Of a DNA stretch of 64,000 nucleotides, positions 25,180 to 35,569 are shown in pieces. The stretch spans positions 1,054,001 through 1,118,000 of the forward strand of contig OZ251223.1 in assembly GCA_965240325.2 (NCBI GenBank), given 5' to 3'. The stretch comes from Rebecca billardiae RCC1528. Taxonomy: Eukaryota; Protista; Haptophyta. Every line of letters begins with the position of its first letter. Position 1 is the first letter of the stretch. Below the pieces are notes generated by a model, which worked only from the letters and a program-made list of their open reading frames with translations, made no database searches and was not told where the DNA came from. The translations under genes were made by a program, and so were the position numbers.

Positions 25180-25517
25180 GAGTGCACTCGAGCGAAAACG
25201 TCCCAGGCTAGGTAGTAGGTCAGGTGTCGCCGGCACTGGGCTCGGACAATAAGACTACTTTAGCCGTTTAGGAGCTCGGGCGAGCTCCGAGTCTGCCAGA
25301 CTAGGAGCTCGCCCACTACTCACTAGGCCGTGGCGAGCCGCCACACAGCCGGGCCGTTCTGTCTTCTGATGACCGGGCGAGAGCTCTCCTAATAAGTCTG
25401 CCCATTTAGCCGGCGACACCTAGCCTGGGAGTGGGACCAATGGTCGTACCGTTGGGAGTGACGTTAACGTGAAAACGTCGTTAACCCGACGTTGTCGCTC
25501 GAGAGTCGAGTGCACTC
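25180..25517. repeat. Decayed inverted repeat (old MITE/foldback)
   Basis: GAGTGCACTCGAGCGA-AAACGTC and TCCCAGGCTAGG..TGTCGCCGGC pair with reverse complements at 25409-25430 and 25488-25517, interrupted by short insertions. Confidence 0.55.
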
Positions 25518-25943
25518 CGGCTCATCCAAGCGGCCTGGTAACTGACCCGGCGGAACCGTCAAGTCCGACGTCAACCGACGCCGACGGATTATAAATTCCC
25601 GGATGATTAGCTACGGTAGTTAACGGCGGAGTCAGACGGACCCGGCGGGACAAGCAACTCTGAACTCAACTACTCAAGCATCACTGAGTCGGCCGTTGCC
25701 TGACAGACACTAGTCACTACTCTAAGTCTATTAGAAGGCAGCCTAGGCGGCACAAGGCAATTTCCACCGATCATAGTTAGAGTCTGCTTATTATAAAGTA
25801 AAAATTTTGACCGATAATTGCTAAGGGTCGAATCCGTCACTTGCTTGACTCACTTCCGTCCGAGGACGGCGCGACAGTGCCCGACCCGGCGCGGACCCGC
25901 CCCGGCGGCCGCCGGCCGTCAGTCGGCCGAGAGGGGCGAAGCC

Positions 25944-27686
25944 TTATCGGAAAAAGAGAGAGCCACCCTCTCCTGACACCTCGGGGTGGCATTTGCGGTG
26001 GGTGAATGCGACGTCGATCGGCGCCGAGCGCGTCGTCTCCCACGCAGAGGCATTCACAGAGGACACGTTCATGCTTTGAGCGATTCGATGAATGCACGCG
26101 AGATGCACTTTCCAGTGCTTCGTGCAGTGCGTGGCCTGGGCAGCGGATAAGACCGTCTCGCCTGTGTGCGCCATGGCTCCGAGGGATTCGACGCCATCTC
26201 GAAGGTAGACGTAGCGTTTCCCAACGGATTTCAACTCGCGCGGCCATCTGGTCACTGGGTCCCCCTTCAACCACCTCTCCAGACCTGCGCAGCTGAACAT
26301 CCCATATGGCTTCGACGCGCAGTGCGGGAGACACCAGCGCGCGCGAGGCTTGTATCCGGGCGGCCGCTGCAGGGGGAGGTCTGCGCCAAGCGCGTGCTTG
26401 ACGCGCATCATGTAGAAGAAGAAGCCCTGATCGAGCGGGGCAGCGAAGAAGCGCCAGTCGTTTCGGCGCAGCAACCGGTTCGGGCTCGTCGCGGGCTTTG
26501 CCAGCCACGCATCATCTGCCTTGGGGATCACGTCACGGGGAGGCCCTCTGAGCTCCCAGCCGTGCGTCCGGTTGTAGTTTGCATCGGCCATCTCCAGCAC
26601 GCGCAAGCCCTCCTCGTACAGCCGGCGGTCGGGCCGGAACAGGAGCCAGCCCCCGTTCACGGGCGAACTATGGTCTGGTTCAGACACCAAGCGGAGACCA
26701 CGCGCACGCATCTGTGTCATGACAAGGCGCCAATCCTCCGCGACGAGGTGCGGCCAGCGCGCGAGCCTGGGCGTGAGCGGCAGCATGTCCATGTCCACGT
26801 AGCACACAAACTCCGCGTCCACAACGTTCATCGCCGCCCATTTGTACAGGCATCGCGTGTGCACGCGTGCATCCGGCGACACGTACTCTGTTGGCGCATG
26901 TGCCACCGCCGCGACGAGCGCAGGGTCGCGCTTGGGATGAGTCCTGATCACAACGCCGTTCGGGGCGACTTTAGTGCCCTCTGGGAAGCAGTTGGTGAGC
27001 AGATCGAGTGCGCCGCGCCGGCCCTGCACCTTGGTGACGATCGACACCAATTCGGACGCGCGCTCCACCCAGACGCCCATCGGGCACGTGACAAAGGTCG
27101 AGGTGCAGTACTGCTGCTTCTCGTAGTACCCGAGCAAAGCCAGGGAGAGGAGGAAGGTGCGGCGCTCGCTCACGCCACCAGCCGGCATCGTGCCGCGTAT
27201 TTGCCGTGAGCCGTGCAAACGGACTCCAGCCAGATCTAGACGACCAAGGACGCCAGCTTTCGTATAAAAAACACGACGAAGCTGGAGGCCCCCGACGAGA
27301 GCCGCCTTCGGATCGGGGCGGCCCCTCTCCCGCTGTGCCGCTTTCGGCGCACGCTCGGCCGGTGCGGCGGGCGACGTGTGTGCGCGCCTCGCTGCTCGCG
27401 GCGCGTGCGCTTCGGCTAGCTAGCACACGTCTCCTGACGCACAAGTCGAATGACCGCAGCTGGGATGGCCTTTCGCGCCGCAAGGACGCGTGCGAGGCCG
27501 GTTGCCGCGGCCGAGCGGCGTGGCCGTGCTGCCTGCACGTTGGGCGTCCATGGACGTGGCTTCGCCGCGCGCGCTGAGGCTGGCGAGCGTCGCGACCAAG
27601 ATCAACGACGCGCGCGACGCACCATCTGCCCGCTTCCTTGCCTCCGACGCACGTCTTCTGCGGGCAGCGGCGACTCGCCCGCCCAT
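25944..27686 (-). CDS. Glycosyltransferase family 8-like (GT-A, DxD) type II membrane protein; probable intron ~27333-27428
   Basis: LYKWAAMN...FVCYVDMDML, VNGGWLLFRPD, DQGFFFY. The upstream in-frame ORF carries a hydrophobic anchor. The single TAG (27420-27422) lies inside a plausible 96-bp GT-AG intron. The 5' structure is uncertain. Confidence 0.7.
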
Positions 27687-28064
27687 GCGTGGCGAAGCCG
27701 CCGCATCAGCCGCGCTTTGGAAGCCCGTTGGCCAAGCAAGAGCAGCAGCTAGCGCAGAACATGACATTTATTCGTATTGAAAAGCGCAGCAGATCTGAAA
27801 AGACCGGAAGCAGGCGTTTGTCGGCGGTTTGTCCAGCTGGCGCAACGCCCATGGACTGATGGAGGCACGCTCCCGCAGGTCTGCAGCCGCCGGCGTGGCG
27901 GCGTCGCTGCCATCATCGTTGTCAGTGTCACAGACACAGTCACACTCACTAGCTACATGACAGCCTGACTTCAGGCTCAGCCTGAGGCTGGTGGCGGCGT
28001 GCGCGCCGGGAATAACAGATTACAAGTCCGCGATGACCGGGATCGTAATTTAGACGTACTACTA

Positions 28065-28858
28065 CAGTCCTCTCAACAATAAATTACCCTATGGAGAGCA
28101 CACCTGCACATCACACCTTCTCCTGGCCGCCTAGGCTTGCATGACGGGCACCTGCGGCCCCAGCACTCTCCATTCGGTCGAGCTGCACCCACCCATCATG
28201 ACTTCAGCCGGGTGAGTGACAATTGGAGGACTCCTCTGGGCAGCACGTGAAGCCGGCCAGCTCGGACGTGACAGTGGCCGACAGGCTCTCGACTGGCTCC
28301 CACACCCCTTTCAGCCCAGCTTGTAGCACAGCGCGCCGCTGATTTTCGGCGGAGCCTCGTGTGCTGTGCTACAGGGCATACCCAATCAGCAGGTGGGCCG
28401 CTGGCAGGCTAGGTGCATCTGGTGCACTGTGGTGGCCATTCCCCGACCACCACCCGCAGAGACGTGGCCTGCGCACTGAAACAGCACTGCTCACGCCAGG
28501 CTGTGCTGCTAGGCTGGCTGCTAGGCAGTATCAAAGGCCATCCAGCTGCAGCGCCAGGGCCCACTATACAGCTGCTACACTCCCAGCCAGCCAGCCCACA
28601 GCCTGCTCAGGGGGTGAATTTCCATCCCTGCCTGCCCTCGTGGTGGTCCAGCACCCCCGCGCAGCACCCGTCAGCCGGTTGTGCACCTGCATTCAATTTA
28701 TCTGACTGACTCAGCCCACACACCCGCCCAGCTCATACCCACCTGGTCTGTGAGGGCTATAGGTGCAGTAACAGATAGCATGCAGCAGTGGGCCTCAAAC
28801 AGTGACTGAGCTGGTATAGACAGCCAAACACAAGGGTAACCAATTGTTGAGGGGACTG
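28065..28858. mobile_element. Tc1/mariner/pogo-type MITE-like unit, copy 1
   Basis: TIRs CAGTCCTCTCAACAATAAATTACCCT versus reverse-complemented end CAGTCCCCTCAACAATTGGTTACCCT (22/26). No transposase ORF. Confidence 0.85.
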
Positions 28859-29040
28859 ATCGCCGACAGCTCATTGCTGAGGCTGCTGAGTGCTGCGAGG
28901 CAGGGGCTGCAAAGTCGAGCGCAGCTGGCGATCCAAACGCCCTAATGTAGCTATAGCGTCTTCTAGTAGTCTGTTCGGCTCCACAACGCGCCACTATGCA
29001 GCCTCCAGGCCACTGATGGCCGCGCAGGGGCCCAGATAAG

Positions 29041-29866
29041 TCAGCCGCCAGCCCACAGCAGCCAGCCGTCAGCTGTCGTGAGTGGCACAGCCGATGTTGA
29101 TCGACTCTGGCGCGCCCCCAGCCGCTGATTCAGCGTGAGCGGGGGCTGCGCCGAGCCCGACGCGCGCGTGAGCGTGCCGTTGGGCAGCACGGGGGCCGCT
29201 CATACCGATCAGCCGACCGATCAGCCGCCAGTCGTCAGCCGCCAGCCGCCAGCAGCCAGCTGTCGTGAGTGGCACAGCCGATATTGATCGACTCTGTCGC
29301 GCCTCCAGCAGTTGATTCAGCGTGAGCGGGGGCTGCGCCGAGCCCGACGCGCGCGTGAGCGTGCCGTTGGGCAGCACGGAGGCCGCTCATACCGATCAGC
29401 CGACCGATCAGCCGCCAGTCGTCAGCCGCCAGCCGCCAGCAGCCAGCTGTCGTGAGTGGCACAGCCGATATTGATCGACTCTGTCGCGCCTCCAGCAGTT
29501 GATTCAGCGTGAGCGGAGGCTGCGCCGAGCCCGACGCGCGCGTGAGCGTGCCGTTGGGCAGCACGGAGGGCGCTCATACCGATCAGCCGACCGATCAGCC
29601 GCCAGTCGTCAGCCGCCAGCCGCCAGCAGCCAGCTGTCGTGAGTGGCAACCGATATTGATCGACTCTGTCGCGCCTCCAGCAGTTGATTCAGCGTGAGCG
29701 GAGGCTGCGCCGAGCCCGACGCGCGCGAGAGCGTGCCGTTGGGCCGCACGGGGGGCGCCCATGCCGATCAGCCGACCGATCAGCCGCCAGTCGTCAGCCG
29801 CCAGCCGCCAGCCGCCAGCCGCCAGCCGCCAGCTGCCGTGAGTGGCAGAGCCGATGTTGATCGACT
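29041..29866. repeat. ~187-bp tandem repeat, ~4.4 copies, inside the composite element
   Basis: Recurrent GTGAGTGGCACAGCCGAT.TTGATCGACT... at ~187-bp spacing. Confidence 0.9.
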
Positions 29867-30602
29867 TCTTCCGTGAATTCGCCCACGCCGCCGTTGAACG
29901 TCAGCACGACGTGCGTGTGCTTCTCAAGGCGGGGCACTTTGCCGTGCTTGCATCCAACCTTGGCACGAGCGCCTGCACCAACGGGAACCTCACCCATCGT
30001 GCCGATGCCGAGGGCGGCCGGGCTTGATTGCTCTCTTTACATTACCAGGTACGTGGGTCGGCACCGGAAGCTTCTGATGAGCCGGCCGGCCGTTCGGTCT
30101 GGACCGGGCCCGGCCGCGGGCGGACGCCCGCCGACCGGCGCCGGCGGGTCTTACAAATGGTACGATACGTACAGTCATGGTCAGTACTTTAACAGTCATC
30201 CGTGGTTTTGAAAGGCTCATCCTTGGCTGAAGAGCCGCGCGGCGCGGGCACAACATGATGGCGAGTTGGCGGCGAGGAGTCACGCACGTGGCAGCAGCGC
30301 GCGTTCCTATCCCCAGGCGACGCGGCGTGACGCGCGCGTGCATGGCACGGGCAAGGCCGCGCTCGAGCGGGCTTTCAAAAGAGCCCACGCCGGCTGAGCA
30401 GTGACTGTGCGCCACACTCCGCCGCTCGTGCGCTCGCCCCCGTGCGCATGCGATTGTGGATGCTCACGTGGCACCCCAACAGCCCTCTATAAAATGGGGC
30501 GCGTGATGGCCGGCTTCCAGGCGGTGATTCCAGACGTTCAACACATCGCCAAGCTGCCCGCAAAGCACGGCTGCCCTGAGACGCCTCCTCGTGCAATCAG
30601 CA

Positions 30603-31396
30603 CAGTCCTCTCAACAATAAATTACCCTATGGAGAGCACACCTGCACATCACACCTTCTCCTGGCCGCCTAGGCTTGCATGACGGGCACCTGCGGCCCCA
30701 GCACTCTCCATTCGGTCGAGCTGCACCCACCCATCATGACTTCAGCCGGGTGAGTGACAATTGGAGGACTCCTCTGGGCAGCACGTGAAGCCGGCCAGCT
30801 CGGACGTGACAGTGGCCGACAGGCTCTCGACTGGCTCCCACACCCCTTTCAGCCCAGCTTGTAGCACAGCGCGCCGCTGATTTTCGGCGGAGCCTCGTGT
30901 GCTGTGCTACAGGGCATACCCAATCAGCAGGTGGGCCGCTGGCAGGCTAGGTGCATCTGGTGCACTGTGGTGGCCATTCCCCGACCACCACCCGCAGAGA
31001 CGTGGCCTGCGCACTGAAACAGCACTGCTCACGCCAGGCTGTGCTGCTAGGCTGGCTGCTAGGCAGTATCAAAGGCCATCCAGCTGCAGCGCCAGGGCCC
31101 ACTATACAGCTGCTACACTCCCAGCCAGCCAGCCCACAGCCTGCTCAGGGGGTGAATTTCCATCCCTGCCTGCCCTCGTGGTGGTCCAGCACCCCCGCGC
31201 AGCACCCGTCAGCCGGTTGTGCACCTGCATTCAATTTATCTGACTGACTCAGCCCACACACCCGCCCAGCTCATACCCACCTGGTCTGTGAGGGCTATAG
31301 GTGCAGTAACAGATAGCATGCAGCAGTGGGCCTCAAACAGTGACTGAGCTGGTATAGACAGCCAAACACAAGGGTAACCAATTGTTGAGGGGACTG
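30603..31396. mobile_element. Tc1/mariner/pogo-type MITE-like unit, copy 2
   Basis: Same TIRs and interior as copy 1. Confidence 0.85.
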
Positions 31397-31617
31397 TAAA
31401 TTCGGCCACAATGCCCCGAATTCGGAATTCCATTCCGGCGCGGACTCGGTCACTGTGACACTACTCACTGTGACAGTCCTCCCCTAGCTGACACGGTCAC
31501 GACCAGCGAACGCGAGCCAGCCAGCTGGCGAGCGGCGCGACCTCGCCGCGGCAACTTGCAGCGCCGTCATTCGTCAGCGCTGCCTCCGCCTGGGGACGAC
31601 AGACCAACGAGGTCGGC

Positions 31618-32790
31618 TCAGGCCGCTGCTCCGCGAGAGCGGCCTGGTCGAGCCGCGAGAGCGAAAGCGAGCCAGAGGGCGAGTGCACCAAGCACGTGCG
31701 ACGACCGCGGCCACGAGTGGAGGAGGGCGCGCACGCGCGTGACGATACCGTCGTGCTTGGGGTAGATGACGCCAAGCTGCACGCGCACCGTATCCATCAG
31801 GCGCGCCATGTCCACCGTCATCTGCAGCGGCCACTCTGGACACTCGGTCGCCCCCTGCGCGAGCAGCTGTTGGATGCGCTCCACCTGGTACTTGAAGCCA
31901 CTGGAGTTGGTGAAGTTGTACGAGGAGGGCTCGGGCAGCGCGAACTCGAGGCGCACGGGGGCCTCGCCGTCCTTCTCGAGGGTCAGCTGCGTCGGGCAGT
32001 GGCTCGGCCACAGCGAGATCTTCCCCGCCGTGCCCTGGTACACGGCAAACTCCCTGGTCGCCGTCCGCATCGAGTAGGTGAGGGACGCGATGCGCGGCGC
32101 GGCGCCCGCCGCCTCGCCGGCGCCGTACTTGAGGGCGATCGCGCCGCACGAGTCCGCCCCCGTCGCCTCTCGCCAGCCCACCGCACGCACGTCCGTCGGC
32201 GACGCGCCCCAGATGAACGCGGCGCTCGCGAGGACGTAGATACCGATGTCGAGCAGGCCGCCGCCGCCCATCTCGAGGTTGTACAGCCGCGACGCGTCGC
32301 TCACCTTGGAGGCGAAGCCGAAGTCGGCGATCACCTCGACGACGTCCCCGATCGCCTTCTGCTCGATCAGCTCGAGCGCCTTCACCACCGCCGGGAAGAA
32401 GCGCGTCCACATGCCCTCCATCAGGAAGACGCCCTTCTGCCGCGCCAGCGCGACCAGCGCCTGCGTCTCTCCAGCGTTCATGCACATGGGCTTCTCGCAG
32501 AGCACCGACTTGCCGCGCGAGAGGACTGTGCGCACGCACTCGTAGTGCGACGGGTGGATCGTGCCCACGTAGACGATGTCTACCGCGCTCGAGGATGCGA
32601 GCTCCTCGTACGAGCCAAACGCGTGCTCGATGTCGTGCTTCGCCGCGAACTCCTTGGCCTTCGCTTGGGAGCGCGCGGCGACAGCGGTGATTTGGGCACC
32701 TGGCGTGATGCGCAGCGCCCGGCAGAAGTCGGATGAGATCGCCCCCGCCCCAAGGATGCCCCAGCGGCACGGCTTGGCTGACGTCGCCAT
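31618..32790 (-). CDS. Gfo/Idh/MocA oxidoreductase (dihydrodiol/D-xylose dehydrogenase, DHDH-like)
   Basis: RWGILGAGAIS, VDIVYVGT.HPSH, VLCEKP, FLMEGMWTRFFP, GGGLLDIGIY. Confidence 0.92.
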   Translation of the reverse strand: MATSAKPCRWGILGAGAISSDFCRALRITPGAQITAVAARSQAKAKEFAAKHDIEHAFGSYEELASSSAVDIVYVGTIHPSHYECVRTVLSRGKSVLCEKPMCMNAGETQALVALARQKGVFLMEGMWTRFFPAVVKALELIEQKAIGDVVEVIADFGFASKVSDASRLYNLEMGGGGLLDIGIYVLASAAFIWGASPTDVRAVGWREATGADSCGAIALKYGAGEAAGAAPRIASLTYSMRTATREFAVYQGTAGKISLWPSHCPTQLTLEKDGEAPVRLEFALPEPSSYNFTNSSGFKYQVERIQQLLAQGATECPEWPLQMTVDMARLMDTVRVQLGVIYPKHDGIVTRVRALLHSWPRSSHVLGALALWLAFALAARPGRSRGAAA

Positions 32791-32882
32791 GTTGACGGGC
32801 GTCTGGAAGACTGCAAGCGATCGAGCGCGCCCTTTTCGGCGCGGGCGTGGGCGCACGCCGCCGCGTGGAGTTTTGGTCGACG

Positions 32883-34022
32883 ATGGCCGCCAGCGACCCG
32901 GCGCCAAGGGCAGGCACACCACGGATGGCGCTCGATGCCAGCTTCCTCAAGTACGTGAGCCTTTTTGCGCTCCTAGTGCAAAACTGCCTGGTGATCATCC
33001 TGACCCGCGTCATCAAGCACCGGCACGCGGACGTGCCCTTCATCAGCTCGGTCGCAGTGCTGTGCGCTGAGGTCGCCAAGTTTGTGTTGTGCACGGGGAT
33101 CGTGAGCTCCGGCCTGCAGGAGGCACTGCGCGACTCTGGCTCGCCAGCGGCCCTTGCTCGCAATCTCGTCGCTGACTACGGCCCGAGCACCCTCAAGTGC
33201 ATGGTCCCTGCGCTGTGCTACACTGTGCAGAACAATCTGATCTACTACGCGCTCGCGCACCTCGAGATTGTTGTGTTCCAGCTGCTGTACCAGACGAAGC
33301 TGCTGCTCACGGCGGCGCTATCCGTGTGCATCCTGCGCAAGTCACTCAAGCTGCAGCAGTGGGGCGCCCTCATCGTCCTTTTCGGCGGTGTCGTCATCGT
33401 GCAGCTCTCCGGCAGCAAGCCAGGCAGTAGCGGCGGCGGCGCGGGCGCGGACCCGATCGCACACGCGAACGGCGTGATGGCAGCGGTTCTGGGCTCGGCT
33501 CTCTCCGCGTTTGCGGGCGTCTACTTTGAGCTGATCCTCAAGGGTGACATGCAAGTCTCGCTCTGGGCGCGCAACGTGCAGCTCTGCGTGTGGACAGTCC
33601 CCATCTCCATTGCGACTGTGTACTCAAACGACGGTGGCACCGTCGCCCAGCAAGGCCTGCTCGGAGGCTTCACGCCGCTCGTGTGGTCGGTCGTCGCCCT
33701 GCAGGCGTTCGGCGGCCTCATCGTTGCGGCGTGCATGAAGTACGCGGATAACATCATGAAGAACTTCGCCTCGTCGGGTGCCATCATCCTTGGCGCGGCC
33801 GTCTCGGTCTTGCTCTTCAAGTTCGAGATGACGCCCGAGTTTGTGCTGGGTGCGGTCATGGTCCTCATCTCAATGAGCTGCTACGATCCCGCCTTCTGCG
33901 ACTGCGGGGCCATGCCAGATCTCTCGCAGCTGCAGCCCGCCGCCGCCTCCGAGCTGACTTCAGCAGAGGAACAGAGAAGACTCGCCGCCGGAGATGATGA
34001 GGATGAGGACGGCGGACCCTGA
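32883..34022 (+). CDS. Nucleotide-sugar transporter, SLC35A (UDP-Gal/UDP-GlcNAc/CMP-Sia) family
   Basis: VPALCYTVQNNL, YQTKLLLTA, SAFAGVYFELILK, SLWARNVQL, GGLIVAACMKYADNIMKNF. Confidence 0.93.
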   Translation: MAASDPAPRAGTPRMALDASFLKYVSLFALLVQNCLVIILTRVIKHRHADVPFISSVAVLCAEVAKFVLCTGIVSSGLQEALRDSGSPAALARNLVADYGPSTLKCMVPALCYTVQNNLIYYALAHLEIVVFQLLYQTKLLLTAALSVCILRKSLKLQQWGALIVLFGGVVIVQLSGSKPGSSGGGAGADPIAHANGVMAAVLGSALSAFAGVYFELILKGDMQVSLWARNVQLCVWTVPISIATVYSNDGGTVAQQGLLGGFTPLVWSVVALQAFGGLIVAACMKYADNIMKNFASSGAIILGAAVSVLLFKFEMTPEFVLGAVMVLISMSCYDPAFCDCGAMPDLSQLQPAAASELTSAEEQRRLAAGDDEDEDGGP

Positions 34023-34715
34023 GCAGTGTCAGCTGGCGCAGCTTGCAAACAACCAAGCTTTCAGGTCGATCCGCGTACGATCGATCGGCGCCTCCGTCCT
34101 TGCTTTCTGGGCTTTCGGAGCCTTCGGCTCTGCACCGTGCCTTAGCTCCGTCTCAGTTTCTCTCTTTTCTGTACTATGTAACTGTCGTAGTACTGAGTCG
34201 ACCGAGCCGGTGCAGACTCGCCACTCGGCCCGGTCCGAGCCGGCCCGCGCGCGCGGCCCGGCTGCCGGCGCGGGGCCCGGGCCGCCAATCGGACTGAGTG
34301 TACGCCGTAGTATCGTCAAACTGTCGTCGCGTAGTGCAGCTGCTAGTAGGCTAGCTAGAAGTGCGTAGCTATGATGATGGGTGTTATCGGCTCAGGCTGG
34401 CGGCTTAGCACCGCTCAACCTCAGCCTCAGGACGACCCGGATTGAGTCAATCAAGCACTAAATTGGCAGCAGCAGCCGCCGTGAGCCCGCGAGCGGCCCG
34501 CGCCGAGCCGAGTAGGTCCTGCCGTGTGTCATCCAGACGCGGGCGCTCGTTCTCACCGATCAAGTCTTCTCATGCTGCGATGCGAGCCGCCTGCCAACGC
34601 ACGACCGGGTCGAGTACCCGTGGCTGTGGAGTGTAGCTCAGATGCGGTGGCATTGTGAGACATGACGCTTAGCCACAAGGAAGAGCGCTGTGCGCAAAAG
34701 TGACTCCGCCGTCCG

Positions 34716-35192
34716 CTAGTTCTTGGAGACCTGGACGCACTCGAGCGTGAACACGAGCGTGCCCCCGGGCGGGATGCCCCAGGCTGGGAAGCCGGCCTCA
34801 CCATAGCCCTCCTTGGCTGGAATGATCAGCTCACGGTGCTCGCCCACCTTCATCCCAAGACAGCCTTGGTCCCAGCCTGTGATGACCTGTGAGCACGCAT
34901 CACACGGGAGGGGCGGTGGCCGCGCGCACGTGAGCAACAAAAGCGCGCACGCGCGCCACCACACGCCGCAGCCTGTCCGAACTGCGGGCCACACTGTGCG
35001 CACCTGCCCGACACCCGCCTGGTAGGTGAATGGGCTCTGCCCCGGGTCGTGTGTGCTCCAGAACTTCTTGCCCGTCTCTTTGATGACGCCCGTCGCGTGC
35101 ACGGTAGCACGGTCGCCCTTCTCAATCTTCGGGCCGTCGCCGACCTGCTTGATCTCGATGGTGGTCTGATATCCCGGAATCGGCTGCGCCAT
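34716..35192 (-). CDS. FKBP12-like peptidyl-prolyl isomerase; in-frame intron 34887-35003
   Basis: TVHATG..KFWST.DPGQ.PF..GVGQ|VITGWDQG..GMKVGE.RELIIP..EGYG..GFP.WGIPP..TLVF. Confidence 0.93.
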   Translation of the reverse strand: MAQPIPGYQTTIEIKQVGDGPKIEKGDRATVHATGVIKETGKKFWSTHDPGQSPFTYQAGVGQVRTVWPAVRTGCGVWWRACALLLLTCARPPPLPCDACSQVITGWDQGCLGMKVGEHRELIIPAKEGYGEAGFPAWGIPPGGTLVFTLECVQVSKN

Positions 35193-35569
35193 GGTGTGCG
35201 CGGCGAAGTGTTTGTGCGCCGCGGGGTGGTCCGCAGTCTCGGGACGCGGGGCTTGACGAAATCAGCCAGTCAAGGACTCGGCGAGTCACCTAGGTATTGA
35301 TTGAACCCCCCATTGGTAACACCGGGGGTACGCGGATACACTCCCACGTATTCATCGGACCCTCGCCTTTTCTGGAGGAAATCTCAATCTCATCTCATCG
35401 AGAGATTCGAGAAGCTTGCGCTCTTGACAGCGTTGCGGCCTGCATGGCTGCACTCCGCGCGCGGCTCCGCAGTCGCAGCGGCGCAGCGACCATGGTCCGC
35501 CGCCTTGCAGCCGGCAGTCGGCAGTCGCACGCGTGTGACTCGCCTCAGCGCTGCGCGGCCGTTGGATTT

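Larger units (their letters stand above)
28065..31396. mobile_element. Composite non-autonomous element: two direct 794-bp TIR-bounded units flanking a 1744-bp cargo, TA at the outer ends
   Basis: 28065-28858 matches 30603-31396 (offset 2538; ORF translations identical). TA at 28063-28064 and 31397-31398. Confidence 0.8.

Noticed and set aside
27420-27422. Stop-codon readthrough in the GT8-like gene
   Set aside because: More simply explained by a 96-bp GT-AG intron covering the TAG.
29041-29866. Possible CRISPR-like array
   Set aside because: Whole 187-bp units repeat with no unique spacers, there are no cas genes, and the context is eukaryotic.
28065-31396. LTR retrotransposon/TRIM
   Set aside because: The repeats end CAGT..ACTG rather than TG..CA, only a 2-bp TA duplication is present, and no gag/pol, PBS or PPT is evident.
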